Of a stretch of DNA of 64,000 nt, positions 57,671 through 64,000 are shown one piece after another. A model generated the notes under the pieces. The model saw only the letters and a program-made list of their open reading frames with translations, made no database searches and was not told where the DNA came from. The position numbers were made by a program, and so were the translations under genes. Source of the stretch: Batkoa obscura (taxonomy: Eukaryota); contig JASVEC010000001.1 of NCBI GenBank assembly GCA_030770535.1, forward strand, positions 682,001-746,000, written 5' to 3'. Positions within the stretch are counted from its first letter, which is position 1; every line of letters starts with the position of its first letter.

Positions 57671-58081
57671 CCTACATTGGAAGTACACCATTCTACTTAT
57701 AAGTTAAAGTTGAATTATTAACATTAAATAATTTGACAGTATGATTTATTGGTATTTTTTTGTTTGTTTAATAGCCTTGAGAGCTTTAATAATATTTTTC
57801 TCATTATATTTATTTTTCATTATACAATATTTAATAAAAAATCATTTTTTCTTATATTATTTAATTTTATACTTTTTACCCCTACGAACTTATAAATCAC
57901 CATTGATTCAAAGCCACACTATTAATTATTATCTTGAAAGGTTAATTTTCATACATAATATAGTAAGATATAATATTTGGTATTATAGTATTTAATTACT
58001 CTTTTTAAAATTTGTGATTATTTGATTTATAAATAAATTACTGCTGAACATGGTTTAGGTTTAGTTCATCACTGTATTTAT

Positions 58082-58183
58082 ATATGGGGGTGTTTTTTAG
58101 CTTCATTTTTTCTATTTTTTAAGCATTATTTGAGCGGAAAAATTGTTGGTAAAATTCTTAAACACAAAAATACATCCCCATAT
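58082..58183 (+). mobile_element. MITE family A, copy 10
   Basis: ATAT-GGGGGTGTT...ATACATCCCC-ATAT. Confidence 0.88.
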
Positions 58184-58350
58184 TTACGATTTATTTATCA
58201 TACTATTATTTTAGCTAAGTTCGAAAAAATGAAAACTTTTATTAAAATTGAAATGTGGTACAATATGGCCTATTTATTTAACTTGAATAACGTATCAAAA
58301 AGGGTACAAAATAATTAAAGAACAAATAATAAATGGACCATCCCATTAAA

Positions 58351-60402
58351 TTAACATCTTTTTGGATCATTATCGGGACATCCGAACCCTACAGCATATT
58401 TACCTTGGTCGACTCCAGCAATGGTTAGTATAGCTGTTATTAATCCACCGATTCCTTCTCCACCTATCATTCCTGCTGCAATTGACATCATTAAAAGATT
58501 ATGACTCTCTGGGTTACGTTTATTCCAGAAATATCCAAATATAGCACCTATGGAAAGCGTAATAGGAACAGCTGGTTGAGGAACACAGAAGGCCAAGCCC
58601 ATAACCCCAAAGTTAGGTATATAATTACTGTATTTTTTCAAAAATTTGCTTTTTAATAAAGCACCTATAATACTAACACATCCCATTACTATACAAGCAA
58701 TACGACATGATGGTGGGAATAATTTATCTGCTCCGCTAGTAAGTAGCAATGCAAGATTTTGAAACGATGCTGCGCCAGGGGCAGGGAAAGGACAAAGTGG
58801 ATCAAGAGTCTTACTTAAAATACAAGGATATCCAGCGGCAAACAATTGAAAGATAGCTACAGCAACAAAAATCCCAGGAATAGTTGCTAAAACTTGAGCA
58901 TAAAATTGATATTTTGGTGCAGCACCTACGTCATGTCCAGTTTTTAAATCTCCGACCATTTCCGAAGCTTGTAACGTTGTTTGAGTACTATAACCAGTAA
59001 GCATTAAACTACTTGATAGTGCCATGTTAACATCAGCAGATGGAATGACTGAAAATATAATTTGAACTATTTTAGATATAGCAGCACCTGAATTTATATT
59101 TGTTTGTGCTGCAATCAAAGTCCCGACATAGGAAAGTAAGAAACTTAAGATGGCACATAAGATAGTTTTACCAGTGCCAATATTTAAATAGAAATGATTT
59201 ACCAAAATGTTTACTATTAAGGAGGTTATAAGACCAACAACCCACATCCAAGTTGGAACTTGTTCATTTGGTGGTGCAGGGTCATCGTGATCTTTATGTT
59301 CTACATTTTGTACATTTTGTACATTTGATGGAGAAAAGCGTCTATAATAGTAATTCTTTAAAGAAATCAATGGGCTTTTGAATCCAGTGAAAACAGTATC
59401 GTAGTTAACTATTAATTCAGTGAAACTGTATGTAAGCATCATTATGATACCAATCCAAAGATTCCATTGTACGATAGAAGTACCAGTGGGATTCTCAGCA
59501 ATAACTAAACTCTTTCCAACAATATCTGTTAGGTAAAAAACACAAGGCCCTATTATGCCCCAAGCAAGCAAAGCTCCACCAAGGAAAGAAAATGAGGTAT
59601 TTAATCCAACCATCATTCCACAACCAAAAAACGCAGGAGTGACCTGTGCTCTCCACCCCCAGATAGCATCCACATCTATCACACTAGCATTATTAGCGGC
59701 TGACCCAACCCAATAAAAGAAATGAAGATCCCATAAAAAGGGAATGAAAAAAGTAAATACACGATAAAGTAAAGAGCCGGCAAATGGAACCATCATATAC
59801 CAAAGTTGTTTGGAAGCGTTGCCACTTGATTTTTTATGAAGATTCTTGATCACTTGAGACACTGCGGCCGGTCCTGGAAAAGGAAGTTTCTGTTTCAAAA
59901 TAAAAGTGGTTCTTAAAGGAATAGCAAAAAACATGCCATAAAATGAAGCTGGAATAAGCCAGCAAATTAATAATCCCCATGAGAGATGAAGTGGTGGAAG
60001 TAGCCCCAATCGATATGCAGCTGGGATAACCGAAGAGAAAACGGCCGTTAGCCCAGCAGTTGCAGTAGCAGCTGTTTGTATTGTACAGGTTTCTCTGACA
60101 CCAAGTGGGCCTCCGCCAAGATAAAGTGGTAAATGAGATATTAATTGAACAATACCAAAACCAGCAATTGAACCAAAAAAAGATCCTAAAAATTGCCATC
60201 CGGCTTTTAAACCCATATATATATTACTTGCACCAAGGATACAGCCTAAAAGAGTACCAACAGCAATAGAACGGAATGTGAATTGATAATCTACTATATC
60301 TTCTGGAACGCCACGGTCATTAATGTTTTGAATTTCATATCTAGTGTCATCCTTTTCACCTATAAAGGCGTCATCAACGTAGCTTTTTTCGTTGGAAGCC
60401 AT
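58351..60402 (-). CDS. OPT-superfamily transporter (YSL-like clade)
   Basis: FTFRSI.G, NIYMGLKAGW, E.CTIQTAA, FFAIPLR, LPFPGP, DLKTGH, IAAGMIGGEG. Confidence 0.93.
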   Translation of the reverse strand: MASNEKSYVDDAFIGEKDDTRYEIQNINDRGVPEDIVDYQFTFRSIAVGTLLGCILGASNIYMGLKAGWQFLGSFFGSIAGFGIVQLISHLPLYLGGGPLGVRETCTIQTAATATAGLTAVFSSVIPAAYRLGLLPPLHLSWGLLICWLIPASFYGMFFAIPLRTTFILKQKLPFPGPAAVSQVIKNLHKKSSGNASKQLWYMMVPFAGSLLYRVFTFFIPFLWDLHFFYWVGSAANNASVIDVDAIWGWRAQVTPAFFGCGMMVGLNTSFSFLGGALLAWGIIGPCVFYLTDIVGKSLVIAENPTGTSIVQWNLWIGIIMMLTYSFTELIVNYDTVFTGFKSPLISLKNYYYRRFSPSNVQNVQNVEHKDHDDPAPPNEQVPTWMWVVGLITSLIVNILVNHFYLNIGTGKTILCAILSFLLSYVGTLIAAQTNINSGAAISKIVQIIFSVIPSADVNMALSSSLMLTGYSTQTTLQASEMVGDLKTGHDVGAAPKYQFYAQVLATIPGIFVAVAIFQLFAAGYPCILSKTLDPLCPFPAPGAASFQNLALLLTSGADKLFPPSCRIACIVMGCVSIIGALLKSKFLKKYSNYIPNFGVMGLAFCVPQPAVPITLSIGAIFGYFWNKRNPESHNLLMMSIAAGMIGGEGIGGLITAILTIAGVDQGKYAVGFGCPDNDPKRC

Positions 60403-60745
60403 TTTTTAATAGTGAATAAAAATTAGAAAAAAATAACAAAGCAAGGGTATTTATGATCTAATCAAGTTTTGAAAAAGCAATTACTTAATTTAGATAGATT
60501 TCGAATAAGCAGGAAATCTATTTTTAAAGAACAAACTAAATATTCTGACAAGTAGAGTGTATAAAATTCAAAAAAAAAGGCTAAATTCACTAAACGAGTA
60601 AAATATAATAAACCTCGCGTTTAATCATAATTAGTATAAAGTATATAAGGCACATATGTTTATTTAGTATAAATAAAAGAACTTTAAAAATATAGATGAA
60701 CATTGTTTATATTTGAAAACTTAATTTGTCTCTAATCTATAGATT

Positions 60746-60848
60746 ATATGAGGATGTATTTTTGTTTATTAATTTTAATATTAATTTTTCCTCTCAAATT
60801 GCACTTAAAATGGAAAAAATGATGAAACCAAAAAAAACACCCCCATAT
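60746..60848 (-). mobile_element. MITE family A, copy 11
   Basis: ATAT-GAGGATGTA...ACACCCCC-ATAT. Confidence 0.82.
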
Positions 60849-61500
60849 CGTTCCTTTTAATAGTTGTGCAATACTGATTAATTAAATTGTTGGAACCCAA
60901 TTCTAAAATAAGGGATAGTCTATATTTGTTCTTTGTTGCTTTATTGTTTTTAATTAAATTAAATTTAGAGAATAAGCTGGAATTTTGAAGTATGAAAATT
61001 ATATAAAAAATAGTATTAAACAAAGCTATAATTTTTACTAATACATGTTGCTTGCTAATGGATAAAATTCTATTATCTCATACAATCAAAAATTTCTGGA
61101 TTTATTTTCTATTAAATAATATGATTAAAATAAAAGTTTGGATACAAGCTTATATGACCAAATTGTAAAGTAAACAATAGTAAAGTAATTCTAAAAAGAC
61201 AAATGTGTATAGATAATAAATATTGTGATATCATCAACCTATAAATATGAACATTATAAAAAGTTACCTAAATGAGAACATTGAAATAAATGGCAAGTTA
61301 ATTGAATATAGAACAATTCTCACACTAATTCCCAAAAATCCCAAACAATTCAAATAGTTGAATTCTTATTATAAGTATCATATTAGTACGGATTTGACTA
61401 GCCTGTAGTTAGATTACCGGCTAGTCAAGCCTTAGTTTACTGATGAATTTCGCTGTACTTTTTTAATGAGATACAATGAGAAGATTGAATATTGAGGATA

Positions 61501-61728
61501 CACTATTTTCATTTACCATTTACATAGTTTTATAAAAAAAAGTGAATATTTTCAAATTTATTACACCACTTGCTTGAAAAATACATTGCGCATTTTCACG
61601 TAAATTTAGTTTTAAATTTTTCGCATTTACGCATAAAAACTACGCAAAACTTCGAGCAAATGGTGAAATATTAATTTGATAAAGCTCTTTTTTTTGTGGA
61701 ACTACGTAAACAATAAATGAGAATAGTG
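61501..61728. mobile_element. 228-bp MITE-like element with CACTA termini, TA flanks
   Basis: TA-CACTATTTTCATTTA...TAAATGAGAATAGTG-TA (14/15 TIR match). Confidence 0.6.
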
Positions 61729-62138
61729 TATTTAAAAGCCTTCTATAGCATTTTGTTCATTTCTTATGTGATTAAAAAATCAAAAATATATCTAAACAAA
61801 AACATTTATTAGAATTAAATTACCTTTTAAAAAAATATTGAAAGTAATCGAATTAAATTGCTTTTAGTTATTTTATAAAAAGTAAGAATTAATTTAAATA
61901 CTGTGCATCAATAATTATTTTATAAATTTTACTTAATAAATCGGTCAGCATTTAAAATTTTTATTTCAATGAAAACATTATAGTCTTTATTATTTGTCAA
62001 AAATGTACCTCAAATACAAAACAAAGCGACATAAAGCTAAAGATGATTTAGAAAAGGCTTAAAAAACCAATATTTAGACACATTTAAGTATATATCATAT
62101 ATGACTATATACTTTTATAAGACATCGATTTTTATTAA

Positions 62139-62231
62139 CCCTTTCAGTACCAAACAAATTTTCAAAAGTTCAGTTGGATTTAAATTAATTTAAAAATTGA
62201 GCTCAAAACCTCGCCAATGAGACTGAAGGGG
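62139..62231. mobile_element. 93-bp piggyBac-type MITE
   Basis: TTAA-CCCTTTCAGT...ACTGAAGGGG-TTAA: TTAA TSD and CCC/GGG termini. Confidence 0.7.
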
Positions 62232-62382
62232 TTAACTAAATAAAAAATCCCACCTATTTTTCAATATTGGAATTGATTTTTTAAATGTCAAATTTGACTC
62301 TAGCCAATCAACTCTATTTTAAAAATGACTCATAAAAAAACTTACACACGTTTTAAGCTCACTTTTAACAAAAACCAAGAAT

Positions 62383-64000
62383 ATGGCGGCTGTAGATAAA
62401 CCAGTAAGTTGACATTTTCGTTAAACCCAAAAAAAATTAATCTTTGCGCCTCAACTAGAAAGATCAAGGAAGTTTTGAAATCGATTTAAAAGATGCTACT
62501 GAAGGAGATGTAGTAACCCGTTTCCCCCCAGAACCCAGTGGTTATTTACATATTGGTCATGCTAAGGCTGCTTTATTAAACGATTATTTTTCTAAAGCTT
62601 ATAAAGGAAAATTAATTATTCGTTTTGATGACACTAATCCTTCAAAGGAAAAGGTAAGCTTTTGAGTTTTTTATTCAAAAGAAAGAGGCTGATATTAATT
62701 TTACTAGAGTGAGTTTGAAGAGAGTATTAAAGAAGATCTTTTATTATTAGGAATTAAAGGAGATGTTATTACTCATACTTCTGATCATTTTGATAAATTA
62801 TATCAACTTGCTATTGATATCATTAAAAAGGGGTTAGCTTATGTAGACGACACTGATCAAAATACGGTATACTTTAATTTAAATATAAGTAGCTTAGCTA
62901 ACAATTTAAAATAGATGAGAGACGAACGTATGAAAGGAATTGCATCTAAAAACCGTGATTTATCAGTTGAAGAAAATCTTAAACGTTTTCAAGAAATGAC
63001 TGAAGGAACTGAGTTTGTAAGATTTCATTTTTGGTTTATTATTTCAAAATATTAATTTAATTCATAGGGTTTAACAGCCTGTTTAAGAGCTAAAATGAGT
63101 GTTGATAACAAAAATAAAGCCATGAGAGATCCTGTTATTTATCGTTGTAATTTAACTCCACATCATAGAACTGGGTAAGCTATTAACTATTTTAGATATA
63201 AAATTTGATAATTAATTTTTATTTTTATTAGTTCCAAATATAAAGTTTATCCAACTTATGATTTTGCTTGTCCTGCTGTAGATAGTATTGAAGGTGTAAC
63301 TCATGCTTTAAGAACTAATGAATATCGCGATCGTAATCCACAATATGAATGGTTTTTAGAAAAATTAGAATTAAGAAAAGTTCATATTTGGGATTTTAGG
63401 TAACCTTATATATTCCATACCCACAAACTTTATAGTTGACTCTTATTTAGTCGTATTAACTTTGTTTATACTTTACTTTCCAAACGTAAATTACAATGGT
63501 TTGTTGATCAAAATTTGGTAACTGGATGGGATGATCCAAGATTCCCAACTGTCCGTGGTATCCGTCGTCGTGGTATGACTATTGATGCTTTAAAACAATA
63601 TATTTTAATGCAAGGTGCATCACAATCAACTCTTATGTTAGAATGGGATAAACTTTGGGCATTAAATAAAAAAAGTATTGATCCAGTTGCTCCAAGACAT
63701 GTAGCTTTAACTAAAGAGAATGTGTAAGTTTTTGTTTTATAAATAATTGAAAGCTATTAATAAGTTTTAGCTGTCAAGTTAAGATCATTGGTCATGAAGG
63801 TCTAGATTCTAAAGAGATTCCTTTGCATAAAAAAAATTTAGATTTAGGAAATAAAACTACCTATTATTCTTCCAATATTTACCTTGAACAAGAAGATGTT
63901 AAAGATTTAGTTAATGGTGAAGAAGTAAGTTAATCATTTAAGTATTTATTAATCATATATTTATTATTAATTAGATTACACTTATGGATTGGGGTAATGC
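62383..64000 (+). CDS. GUS1: Cytosolic glutamyl-tRNA synthetase, multi-exon, 3' partial
   Basis: [38 protein letters not shown] (HIGH), [38 protein letters not shown]. Confidence 0.93.

Overview
AT-rich eukaryotic DNA with short (~45-70 nt) GT-AG introns. Gene content suggests an early-diverging fungus, probably Entomophthorales/Conidiobolus-like (inference only). Genes, left to right: a partial unknown gene, two tandem F-box/LRR genes, tRNA-Cys(GCA), a spliced RAD51-paralog (RAD51D-like), a secreted tyrosinase, a spliced DCAF15-like gene, DHA1 MFS and ABCC transporters, a beta-lactamase-family pseudogene, a block of secreted proteins (repetitive 817-aa protein, 105-aa protein, TM-less kexin, 61-aa dibasic peptide precursor), an inverted pair of S28 peptidases with gene-conversion tracts, an OSCA/CSC1 channel plus pseudogene copy, an OPT/YSL transporter and the 5' part of a cytosolic GluRS apparently lacking its N-terminal GST-like domain. 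Mobile DNA: a very young full-length Ty3/Gypsy element (33428-41076; 466-bp LTRs with 1 mismatch, TTAC TSD, -1 frameshift signal, degenerate dUTPase-like domain), a diverged solo LTR of a sister family, about 11 copies of a ~105-bp MITE, two other MITEs, and Fot1/pogo and LINE relics. Most intriguing hypotheses: a DOPA-type adhesive (KPSY repeats plus secreted tyrosinase), a soluble kexin beside dibasic-site precursors, a poly-LIR-like secreted protein and a fungal DCAF15 homolog. All family calls come from motif recognition by eye; no searches were run.
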